NCBI GenBank assembly: GCA_965198225.1
Contig: CBDAOY010000008.1
Location: forward strand, 736,001 to 800,000
Length of the DNA: 64,000 bases
Reading direction: 5' to 3'
Origin: Terriglobia bacterium
GTDB lineage: Bacteria > Acidobacteriota > Terriglobia > 20CM-2-55-15
Shown: positions 56,158 to 64,000 of the stretch, in pieces
Layout of the letters: every line of letters starts with the position of its first letter
Position numbering within the stretch: position 1 is the first letter of the stretch
Notes under the pieces: model-generated
Seen by the model: the letters and a program-made list of their open reading frames with translations, nothing else
What the model was told of the DNA's origin: nothing
Database searches by the model: none
Program-made: the position numbers and the translations under genes

Positions 56158-57357
56158 ATGGATCGCAGGAGTTTCCTGAAAGGTACCGGTGCATCGATCG
56201 TCACGCTCGGGTTTGCCCCTCGACTGGTGTGGGGCCAGGCGGCACGGCCCAAGGTGGTCGTGTCGGTGTTCCAGAGAGGTGCCGTGGACGGGTTGAATAT
56301 GGTCGTCCCGTTCGCCGAGCAAACCTACTACGACAGCAGACCCAACATCGCGATCCCGATGCCTTCGCGTGAAGGGGAGGGGAAGGCTCTGGATCTGGAC
56401 GGTTTCTTCGCCTTCCACCCTGCGATGGCTCCCCTGAAGCCCCTCTTCGAGGAGGAACGGCTCGCCGTGGTTCATGCCGCCGGTTCGCACGACCCCACGC
56501 GATCGCACTTCGACGCCCAGGACTACATGGAGTCGGCGACTCCTGGTGTGAAGAGCACCCGCGACGGCTGGATGAACCGCTACCTTCAGAGTGCTGCCGG
56601 TGACGCCAGTCCCCTTCGGGGTATGTCGATCGGCCGCAGCCTGCCCCGCACGCTCGCCGGGCGCTCGGCGACATTCTCTCTGGGTTCACTGGCGGAAGCC
56701 CGCCTGAACGGGCCCGCGCGTCTGTATAGGGAACTCTTCCAGGGTGAGCGGGAAGACATCGTTTCTCAGGCGTCGGTCGAGCTGTTCGAGACCCTGGACT
56801 TTCTCGAAGGCAAGCGTCTGGAAGACTACTCCCCCTCGGTCGACTATCCCAACGGACGGTTCCCTGCCGCCATGCGCGATGTGGCGCAGTTGATCAAGAC
56901 CGACGTCGGGCTGGAAACGGCGTTCGTCGAGATTGGCGGGTGGGATCATCATGCCAACGAGGGTGGGACACGCGGCCAGATTGCGAATCGACTCCGCGAG
57001 TTCTCGGGTGGACTGCGCGCTTTCTACGACGATCTCGGCGATCGGGTCGAAGACGTGGTCGTGGTCACGATGTCGGAATTCGGCCGGACCGTACGCGAGA
57101 ACGGCAACCGCGGGACCGACCACGGCCACGCCAACGCCATGCTCGTCCTGGGGGGACCGGTGCGCGGCGGCAAGGTCTACGGTAAATGGCCCGGGCTCGA
57201 AACCGAGAAACTCCATGAAGGGCGGGATCTGGCCGTAACCACCGACTTCAGGAACGTCCTGGCCGAAGTCTTGGCCGAGCATCTCGGAGCGGGCGACCTG
57301 GATGGTGTATTTCCGGACTTCGAGATTGCGAAACCGTTCGGTCTCATCCAGGCCTAG
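56158..57357 (+). CDS. DUF1501-family protein (Tat signal)
   Basis: DRRSFLK; RGAVDGLN, RSHFDAQ, GGWDHH, SEFGRT..ENG..GTDHG, TTDFR. Confidence 0.92.
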   Translation: MDRRSFLKGTGASIVTLGFAPRLVWGQAARPKVVVSVFQRGAVDGLNMVVPFAEQTYYDSRPNIAIPMPSREGEGKALDLDGFFAFHPAMAPLKPLFEEERLAVVHAAGSHDPTRSHFDAQDYMESATPGVKSTRDGWMNRYLQSAAGDASPLRGMSIGRSLPRTLAGRSATFSLGSLAEARLNGPARLYRELFQGEREDIVSQASVELFETLDFLEGKRLEDYSPSVDYPNGRFPAAMRDVAQLIKTDVGLETAFVEIGGWDHHANEGGTRGQIANRLREFSGGLRAFYDDLGDRVEDVVVVTMSEFGRTVRENGNRGTDHGHANAMLVLGGPVRGGKVYGKWPGLETEKLHEGRDLAVTTDFRNVLAEVLAEHLGAGDLDGVFPDFEIAKPFGLIQA

Positions 57358-57411
57358 GCGTTCTGGGGCTTTCGTCCCCCGAAAGCTTGCCTTGGCGATT
57401 GTAGGCGGATC

Positions 57412-57975
57412 TCAGCGGCGAATTTTGCCGGTGATCACTTTGATCGTCTGAAGTTCGCTGTCGATGATCCGAAGCAGACGGATGTCGACGATGTCTGGAG
57501 ACCGCACGACCCGGCGGAGTTTTGGCCGAAGGCTACTGACGAGTCGCGAAATGAGCGTCAGTTTGCGGAAAAGCGGCATCGCCTCCAGGTTCTCGGGCCG
57601 CAGCCGGGGGTTTGGCGCAAACTCCACCAGGTACGACGCCACTTTGTCGATTCTGTCTTCCAGATCTTCGGCCGTCTCTTTCGCCTCGTCGATCGCCCAC
57701 GTCGCGCCTTCTGGCGCGTAACGATAAGACAGAATGTCGCGGGCCGACGCGTAAAAATCGTTGATGCTGGACACGAATGCCTCTATGTCCCCCCGTTCGT
57801 CCAGGCGGCCGATGGTCCATGGCGCAGGCAACCCTTCCTCGATCCCCTCCCAATGAGTCCGGATCACCTCGTCCAGGCTCAACTCCCGCAGGAGGTCGTC
57901 CGGGCGCTGCCCGTAGGCCGGGATCGCGCAGGCAATCGCAAGGGTGATGAAGGCTGTCCGTGTTCGGGAAGTCAT
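57412..57975 (-). CDS. Hypothetical exported helical protein
   Basis: Signal-peptide-like N-terminus, 187 aa. Confidence 0.55.
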   Translation of the reverse strand: MTSRTRTAFITLAIACAIPAYGQRPDDLLRELSLDEVIRTHWEGIEEGLPAPWTIGRLDERGDIEAFVSSINDFYASARDILSYRYAPEGATWAIDEAKETAEDLEDRIDKVASYLVEFAPNPRLRPENLEAMPLFRKLTLISRLVSSLRPKLRRVVRSPDIVDIRLLRIIDSELQTIKVITGKIRR

Positions 57976-58070
57976 GGCCGTCTCAAGGGTACTATGACGA
58001 ATTCAGTGTATCCAAGACCGTTCGCACCCTCCGTAATTCACAACACGAACCTGCGTATAATCTGTGAAAT

Positions 58071-58190
58071 GAATTCGGGGACGGAGACCGAATTCAGGTG
58101 AGGATTGAGATCAGGGACGGAGACCGAACTCTTGGGAACCGAAAATCAACGGTTTGATAGTCCGGATAATTCGGTCTCCGTCCCCGAATT
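58071..58190. repeat. GGGGACGGAGACCGAA repeat (2 direct, 1 inverted)
   Basis: AATTCGGGGACGGAGACCGAATT, GGGACGGAGACCGAA, AATTCGGTCTCCGTCCCCGAATT. Confidence 0.75.
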
Positions 58191-58216
58191 TAGCGAAGAA
58201 CAGGAGGAGTGAAGAG

Positions 58217-58537
58217 ATGGGTCTTTCCGACAAAACCTGCATCCCATGCCGGGGAGGAATTCCGCCGCTTACTGCGGACGAGATCACCCCTCTGGCCGCC
58301 GAGGTGGCGACATGGTCGGTTGTCGATGATCACCACATCGAGAGGAAATTCGAATTCCCCGACTTCAGCGCCGCGCTGGAGTTCGTGAACAGCGTTGGAG
58401 GGATCGCTGAAGCAGAAGGGCACCATCCCGACATCTACCTGGCATGGGGCAAGGTTGGCGTGACGATCTGGACGCACAAGATCGACGGACTTACCGAGAG
58501 CGATTTTATCCTCGCGGCCAAGATCGACAAGATCTGA
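58217..58537 (+). CDS. phhB: Pterin-4-alpha-carbinolamine dehydratase
   Basis: CIPC.GG.PPL, F.DF..A..FVN, AE.EGHHPDI, WTHKIDGLTESDFILAAKID. Confidence 0.93.
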   Translation: MGLSDKTCIPCRGGIPPLTADEITPLAAEVATWSVVDDHHIERKFEFPDFSAALEFVNSVGGIAEAEGHHPDIYLAWGKVGVTIWTHKIDGLTESDFILAAKIDKI

Positions 58538-58645
58538 CCGGCCGGTTCAGCGCGCGCTTGAGGCCGGCCGTGATTGGCTGACAGGGTAGGTGATCCCTGC
58601 TAACATTTCGTCGAATTCATCCACGAGAAGTTGTAGGAGGTAGAC

Positions 58646-59626
58646 GTGAACGAAAAGAGGTCCGGCGCGTCCCGCCGGGAATTCATCCGGGGCACCGGTA
58701 TCGTCGCCGGAGGTCTGGCCTCTGGCGCGATCGTTTCCGGCCCGACCCTGGCGGAAACGGCGAAGCCAACGCAGGCGAGCGGCGGCACGCCGGGCGCTCG
58801 GTTTGCGAACTTGATCGCTCGGGGTGAACCGTTGATGGCGCCGGGGGCCTTCGAGGTACTCACGGCTCGTCTGATCGAAACGCTAGGGTTCGAAGCGGCC
58901 GTGGTCGGTGGAAGCGCCGTTTCGGCCAACGGCTACGGCGTTCCGGATCACGGTCTGGTCTCGGTGACAGAGTTGATCGAGTTCTCCGGCCGGATTGCGC
59001 AGTCAGTCGACATACCGGTCATGGCCGATGCGGACGATTGCGGCGGCAGCGCGATCGCCGTGTACCGGGCCATCCAGGGCTTCGAGCGTGCCGGTCTGGC
59101 AGCGGTCATGATCGAGGATCACGTTCAGGCTAAACATCTCGGTCAGGGTGGCCGGCTTGTCACGACCGACGAGATGGTCAACAAGATTCGAGCAGCGGTG
59201 GATGCCCGCAGGGACCAGAACCTCACGATCGTGGCGCGGGGCGATGCAACGTCGATCGGCGTGTCCAAAGAGGAAGCCCTCGACCGTGGGGCGGCCTACG
59301 CCGAGGCCGGGGCCGACATACTCTTCTTTGCCGGCCTGCCGCAGGACGAGATGCCGGGGGTTGCCGATCAGATGGGGAAACCCTTGATGACGACTGTCAA
59401 CAACACGCCGATTCCCGAACTGCGACGAAACCGGGTCAGTCTGGCCGTCTACGCCGGTCAGGCCGTCAACGCGGCGATGGGGGCTGCCTATGAGGCCCTG
59501 AAACAGTTGAAGGAGACCGGGCAGGTATCGGGTTTGCCGTCTGTGCCGCGCGACATCCGTTCCACACTGACGCGGACTCAGGAGAGCATCGAGCGGGGCC
59601 GACGGTACGGGCTCGCGGGCGAGTGA
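58646..59626 (+). CDS. Isocitrate lyase/PEP mutase-superfamily enzyme with a Tat signal
   Basis: SRREFIRG; G.PDHGL, ADADDCGG, IEDH, KIRAAVDAR, ARGD, AY.EAGAD. Confidence 0.85.
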   Translation: MNEKRSGASRREFIRGTGIVAGGLASGAIVSGPTLAETAKPTQASGGTPGARFANLIARGEPLMAPGAFEVLTARLIETLGFEAAVVGGSAVSANGYGVPDHGLVSVTELIEFSGRIAQSVDIPVMADADDCGGSAIAVYRAIQGFERAGLAAVMIEDHVQAKHLGQGGRLVTTDEMVNKIRAAVDARRDQNLTIVARGDATSIGVSKEEALDRGAAYAEAGADILFFAGLPQDEMPGVADQMGKPLMTTVNNTPIPELRRNRVSLAVYAGQAVNAAMGAAYEALKQLKETGQVSGLPSVPRDIRSTLTRTQESIERGRRYGLAGE

Positions 59627-59676
59627 TCCTGCTCGGCAACGGCCAAGGAACGATCTCGTTCGACAACGGCGGATGA

Positions 59677-60723
59677 ATGGAGAGCAGACCCAGAGGGCGA
59701 GGGGCGGCGGAGAATCCCGGGAATCGCTTCGAGACCATCTCCTACGAACGGGACGATTGGTCTGAGGACGATCCGGCTCCGACCACGCGCTTCCTGAGAG
59801 ACCGGACCCGTTCGGTAATCAGTCGCAACGAGAGCCCCGACGTCGGCTTCGACGCCAGCGTCAACCCGTATCGGGGATGTGAGCATGGCTGTATTTATTG
59901 TTTCGCTCGACCGAATCATGAATATTTAGGTTTTTCGGCGGGGCTGGACTTCGAAACCCGGATCATGGTCAAGGACGACGCCCCGGATCTGCTCGCGAAT
60001 GAACTCTCCGGTCGCGCGTGGCGTCCACAGGTCGTTGCGATGAGTGGTGTGACCGATCCCTACCAGCCGATCGAACGGCGGCTTGGCTTGACCCAGCGGT
60101 GTCTGGAGGTTCTGGCTGAGTTTCGAAACCCGACCGTCATAATTACTAAGAGTGATCTGGTCGTTCGAGACCGGGATGTCCTCGGGCACATGGCGGACTG
60201 GGACGGCTGTGCGGTCTTCGTTTCCGTCACGACCCTGGATGCGACTCTCGGTCGGCGTCTCGAACCTCGGGCGGCGCATCCGGGGCGACGGCTGGCGGCA
60301 CTCCGGCAACTGAGCGAGTCTGGCATCCCGACGGGAGTCCTGGCCGCGCCGATCATACCCGGCCTGACGGACCATGAATTGCCCGCCATTCTGGATGCGG
60401 CGAAACGCTCGGGGGCGCGCTTCGCGGGCTTCATCCCGTTGCGCCTGCCCTACGGCGTCGGTGCCTTGTTCGAGAGCTGGCTCGAGGACAACTTTCCAGC
60501 GCGTAAGAACAAGGTCATGCATCGAATCCTGGAAATGCGCGGCGGGCGTCTGAATGACCCGAATTACAACACCCGCATGCGCGGCGAGGGAGCACACGCC
60601 GTTCAGATGAAGAAAATGTTCGACATCGCTTGCCGGAAGGTCGGGTTAAACGAGACCGAGCCAAAGCTTTCGGCCGAAGAGTTCCGGCCTCCGGCGTCGG
60701 CACAGCGGTCTCTGTTTGGTTGA
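59677..60723 (+). CDS. PA0069-family (spore photoproduct lyase-like) radical SAM protein
   Basis: NPYRGCEHGCIYCFAR, SGVTDPYQP.E, LEPRA, RLPYGV. Confidence 0.9.
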   Translation: MESRPRGRGAAENPGNRFETISYERDDWSEDDPAPTTRFLRDRTRSVISRNESPDVGFDASVNPYRGCEHGCIYCFARPNHEYLGFSAGLDFETRIMVKDDAPDLLANELSGRAWRPQVVAMSGVTDPYQPIERRLGLTQRCLEVLAEFRNPTVIITKSDLVVRDRDVLGHMADWDGCAVFVSVTTLDATLGRRLEPRAAHPGRRLAALRQLSESGIPTGVLAAPIIPGLTDHELPAILDAAKRSGARFAGFIPLRLPYGVGALFESWLEDNFPARKNKVMHRILEMRGGRLNDPNYNTRMRGEGAHAVQMKKMFDIACRKVGLNETEPKLSAEEFRPPASAQRSLFG

Positions 60724-60866
60724 ATGAGAGGCGATCAGCTCGATCGGATGGGACTATCGGCGCGCTTCCGAAGTAAGCTGATAGCTGAAGGCTGAGAGCA
60801 CGCTTGATCCTCACGATTGGAGAACAAGCTCCCGGACCGAGGATCAAGCGTTTAAGGAGAAGCAAG

Positions 60867-62045
60867 ATGAGGAGTATCGGTCGCCGGTTCGGCCTGTTGT
60901 TTTTCGCCGCGTGGTTCCTGGTATTGCCGGTTGCTGCGCAAGAGGCGATTCCTCTCGATCTTCGTCTGGGGGTCGAGCATGTCGATGCGATGGCGCGCGA
61001 CGAATTCGAGCAGGACGACGTCGGCAGCGTGGCGATCGGAATCGTTGATGGTGCGGATCTGATCTGGACTAAGAGCTACGGTTACGCCGACATGGAGTTG
61101 GAAAGCCTGGCGGACCGGAACACGGTCTACCGGGTCGGCTCGATAACCAAGCAGTTCACCGCGCTGATGTTGCTCCAGCTCGCCGATGCAGGCATCGTCC
61201 GGCTTTCCGACCCGGTCGAGATCTACTTTCCCGAGATCAACCGCGTGCAGGACCGCATCCCCGATGCCCCCCCGATCACGCTCGTCCAGCTGGCCACCAT
61301 GACGTCCGGGCTGGCCCGCGAGCCCGACGATCTGGCCACCTACCTGAGAGGACCGGTTTCGGAGTGGGAGCAAGTCCTGATCGCCGCTCTCGGCGAGACC
61401 CACTATTCACACGAGCCCGACACGCGCTACATGTATTCGAACATCGGGTATGGATCGCTGGGCGCCACGCTGGGAAGGGCGGCTGGAAACGTGTTTACCG
61501 ACTACATCCACGAACGGATACTTGAGCCCCTCGGGATGGCGCATTCCGCCTTCGAACCGAACGACGCAATTAAGCCTCACCTGTCGAAGGGCTACAGCGT
61601 GAGCCGCGAAGGCACAGTGGACTCGGAGACTCCTGCCAGGGAACACGCTGGGCGCGGCTACAAGGTGCCGAACGGTGCGCTCTACACGAGTGTGGTCGAT
61701 CTCGCTCGTTTCGTATCATTCGAACTCGGTCGTGGGCCCGCAGAAGTGCTGCCGCCGGAGGTCTTGGCCGAGAACTTCGAACGGGTCAATTCAGCCGACG
61801 GCGACCTCGAGTCCGGCTACGGCGTCGGCTTCCAGTTGAGCCGTCGTGACGACCTGATATTCCACGGCCATGGTGGGGGGGTGTCCGGTTATCGTGCCGC
61901 CGCGCACGTCCATCTGCGAACTGGGATCGGAGTCATCGTCCTGCGGAACGTCAGCGGTGGCGCCTTCGACGTGGGAGGCCTCTGTCTGGACGCTCTCGAA
62001 GTCCTCGTTCGCGCACGACTGGCTTCCTCTGAAGACCCGCACTAG
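60867..62045 (+). CDS. Secreted serine hydrolase (beta-lactamase class C/AmpC-like)
   Basis: SxxK GSITK, YSN, HGGG; signal peptide. Confidence 0.9.
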   Translation: MRSIGRRFGLLFFAAWFLVLPVAAQEAIPLDLRLGVEHVDAMARDEFEQDDVGSVAIGIVDGADLIWTKSYGYADMELESLADRNTVYRVGSITKQFTALMLLQLADAGIVRLSDPVEIYFPEINRVQDRIPDAPPITLVQLATMTSGLAREPDDLATYLRGPVSEWEQVLIAALGETHYSHEPDTRYMYSNIGYGSLGATLGRAAGNVFTDYIHERILEPLGMAHSAFEPNDAIKPHLSKGYSVSREGTVDSETPAREHAGRGYKVPNGALYTSVVDLARFVSFELGRGPAEVLPPEVLAENFERVNSADGDLESGYGVGFQLSRRDDLIFHGHGGGVSGYRAAAHVHLRTGIGVIVLRNVSGGAFDVGGLCLDALEVLVRARLASSEDPH

Positions 62046-62211
62046 CAGGCTGCTGAAAAAACTCCGTTTTTCGGCAGTCTGTGTCGCGGCACCGGACGTG
62101 CCGCCATTTTCGATGGCTGTATGCCATTGAAAATGTGAGGCACCTGAGAATCAACCTTCTCAGGTGACGTTGCTGAAAAAGCCACTGAAGGCTTTTTCAG
62201 CATCCTGCTAG
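62042..62211. mobile_element. MITE with IS1182/IS5-like ends
   Basis: CTAGCAGGCTGCTGAAAAA ... TTTTTCAGCATCCTGCTAG; starts on the gene's TAG stop. Confidence 0.75.
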
Positions 62212-62509
62212 TGTCCTGAGTCGGGAACAATATCGCTATCGCAGACGAGTGTTGCTCGAGCAAATTTCGGACTCAGGACACTGTTACATGCCACCAGACG
62301 AGCCCCCGCTTTCGGAACCTTCCGAGGCGGCGACTCCTGACTACCCGTCCAGGGGCCCCTCCCTACCGAGGAGGGTCGCACCCCCCTGATGAATTCCTGT
62401 ATTTCCTGCATGGAGACGCGCAATTTTTACGTCTTATTAAGTGAGACGGCCATATGGAGACGTACGCAAGAAATTCGCGCGAGGGATTAAATCACTGATT
62501 CTATTTTTC

Positions 62510-62540
62510 TTGACAGCAAGCGTGTCAACGATAGTATAGT
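62510..62540 (+). promoter_or_regulatory. Sigma70-like promoter with an overlapping inverted repeat
   Basis: TTGACA-N7-TGTCAA followed by TAGTAT/TATAGT. Confidence 0.5.
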
Positions 62541-62726
62541 GTTTATAGTTTTTTCACTAATGGTTGGATAACGCCTGCCGAAATGTAACAGTAAACGTTC
62601 GAGGGGAGGCCGGAGACGAGGTCGCGCAAAAGCGAAGGCGTCCCCGGTCGGATCCAATAAAGTGGATGGCGGTTCGTCGTCGCCTTCGAAGAGCTTTTTC
62701 CGAACCGCACCCTAGGGAAACGACCT

Positions 62727-63923
62727 ATGGAGAAGACATTTGTAAGTAGACACCCCATCTACGAATCGCACGTCAACTTGCTCGCATACGAGTTGCAGTC
62801 TCAGAACAGAGTCGCGAATGGGAACGGACCGATCGACTCCGAAACGATCAAAGCGGACCTGAGCACGTTCTCCGATGTCGGCCTCGACCACATCGCGGGC
62901 GACCATCTGGCGTTCCTGAACGTTTCGCGGGAGGCCGTCCTCGGGGGGCATTGCGCTGCGCTGTCAAAGCAACGAGTCGTGCTGGAAGTTCTGTCTGACG
63001 TGGTGTTCGACGAATCGCTTCGCGATGGACTCGAAAACCTGGCGGCCGATGGGTACAAAATCGCTATTCCGGACCCTCTCGTCGGAGATGAAGCCGTTAA
63101 TCTAACCAGCGTGGCTGACATCGTCCGCGTCGATGTCAGCGAGATGGACGAGACTGGTCTCAGCGAGCATCTGGAGCTGCTTTCGAAGTTGAGCGTGACG
63201 CTGCTGGCGGAGAAGATCGAGACCTACGAAAAGTTCGAGCTCTGCAAGAAGTTCAATTTCGATTACTTCCAGGGTTATTTTTTCTGTGCGCCAAAGTCGG
63301 AACATCACGACATTCCTGTCAACCGGCTCGCCGCAGTCCGGGTTCTAGCTCAGCTGCAGGACCCCGACATCAGTATCAACAAGCTCGAGCAGACGATCAG
63401 CACCGATCTCTCTCTCAGCTACAAGCTCCTCCGGTACGCCAATTCGGCCTACATCGGACTGAATCGGGAGGTGGAGTCGATCAGCCACGCGGCGAAGATG
63501 GTGGGTATCGCGCGGATCCGCCTGTGGGCCAGCCTCCTTGCGTTCGCGAAGATGGAAGACAAGCCACGCGAGTTGATGATCACCGCGATCGTCCGCGCGG
63601 CGATGTGCGAACGCCTGGCGGCATCGGCAAAGGAAGAGCCAAAGGAAATGTTCTTCACGGTCGGGCTGCTGTCGGTGCTCGAAGCGTTGCTCGATTGCTC
63701 GATGGAGGAGGCACTGGAGAAGCTTCCGCTGGTCCGGGAGATCCGAAGCGCGCTGCTCCGGGGCGAGGGCGCGGCCGGTGAAGCACTCGCCTGCGCGCTG
63801 GCGTATGAAAGAAGTCAGTGGGATGCAGTGCAATACAAGGATCTGGGTTCCATGACCATCCGGGGCCACTACCTCGATTCGCTCGGATGGGCCCGGCGGA
63901 TTAGTGAAGGTTTGATGATCTGA
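62727..63923 (+). CDS. EAL-like + HDOD domain protein (YuxH/PdeH family)
   Basis: R.PI...AYEL, LLAEKIET, YFQGYFF, D.SLSYKLLRYANSA, R..MCE, F.VGLLS. Confidence 0.88.
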   Translation: MEKTFVSRHPIYESHVNLLAYELQSQNRVANGNGPIDSETIKADLSTFSDVGLDHIAGDHLAFLNVSREAVLGGHCAALSKQRVVLEVLSDVVFDESLRDGLENLAADGYKIAIPDPLVGDEAVNLTSVADIVRVDVSEMDETGLSEHLELLSKLSVTLLAEKIETYEKFELCKKFNFDYFQGYFFCAPKSEHHDIPVNRLAAVRVLAQLQDPDISINKLEQTISTDLSLSYKLLRYANSAYIGLNREVESISHAAKMVGIARIRLWASLLAFAKMEDKPRELMITAIVRAAMCERLAASAKEEPKEMFFTVGLLSVLEALLDCSMEEALEKLPLVREIRSALLRGEGAAGEALACALAYERSQWDAVQYKDLGSMTIRGHYLDSLGWARRISEGLMI

Positions 63924-63963
63924 GTTGAGCTGATAGCTGAACGCTGACGGCTGATCGCTTACC

Positions 63964-64000
63964 CAAAAAGGCGACGACTCCTCGAGTCGTCGCCTTTTTG
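63964..64000. terminator. Bidirectional intrinsic terminator
   Basis: CAAAAAGGCGACGACTC-CTC-GAGTCGTCGCCTTTTTG. Confidence 0.85.

Overview
GC-rich bacterial chromosomal window. The gene content (ADOP-type ABC permease stub, FHA-GAF-PP2C, DUF1800/DUF1501, many secreted hydrolases) suggests Acidobacteriota; this is inference. It holds about 50 CDS, a tRNA-Val(TAC), a complete IS5-family element, a truncated IS21 and several intergenic repeat families. Four things stand out. (1) An unannotated ribosome-mediated attenuator upstream of phenylalanine hydroxylase phhA: a promoter, a 44-aa leader peptide with YYFYYSYAY, and 1:2, 2:3 and 3:4 hairpins, apparently sensing tyrosine. (2) A BoxR/BzdR-controlled aromatic-CoA epoxidation operon with a short BoxB, a second intact PaaA-like di-iron protein, and a [2Fe-2S] ferredoxin plus NuoF-like flavoprotein in place of BoxA/PaaE. 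(3) A family of ~275-bp two-armed, covarying, TIR-bounded elements, most sitting at CTAG/TAG stop codons, with collapsed 23-25 bp copies. (4) A minor type IV pilin cluster with (Asn-x)n tracts next to a GT2 and a GT-C-like gene. Some apparent oddities (lutA-lutB fusion, frameshift near 427, insert in cobB) look like sequencing or assembly indels. All calls come from motif recognition; no searches were run.
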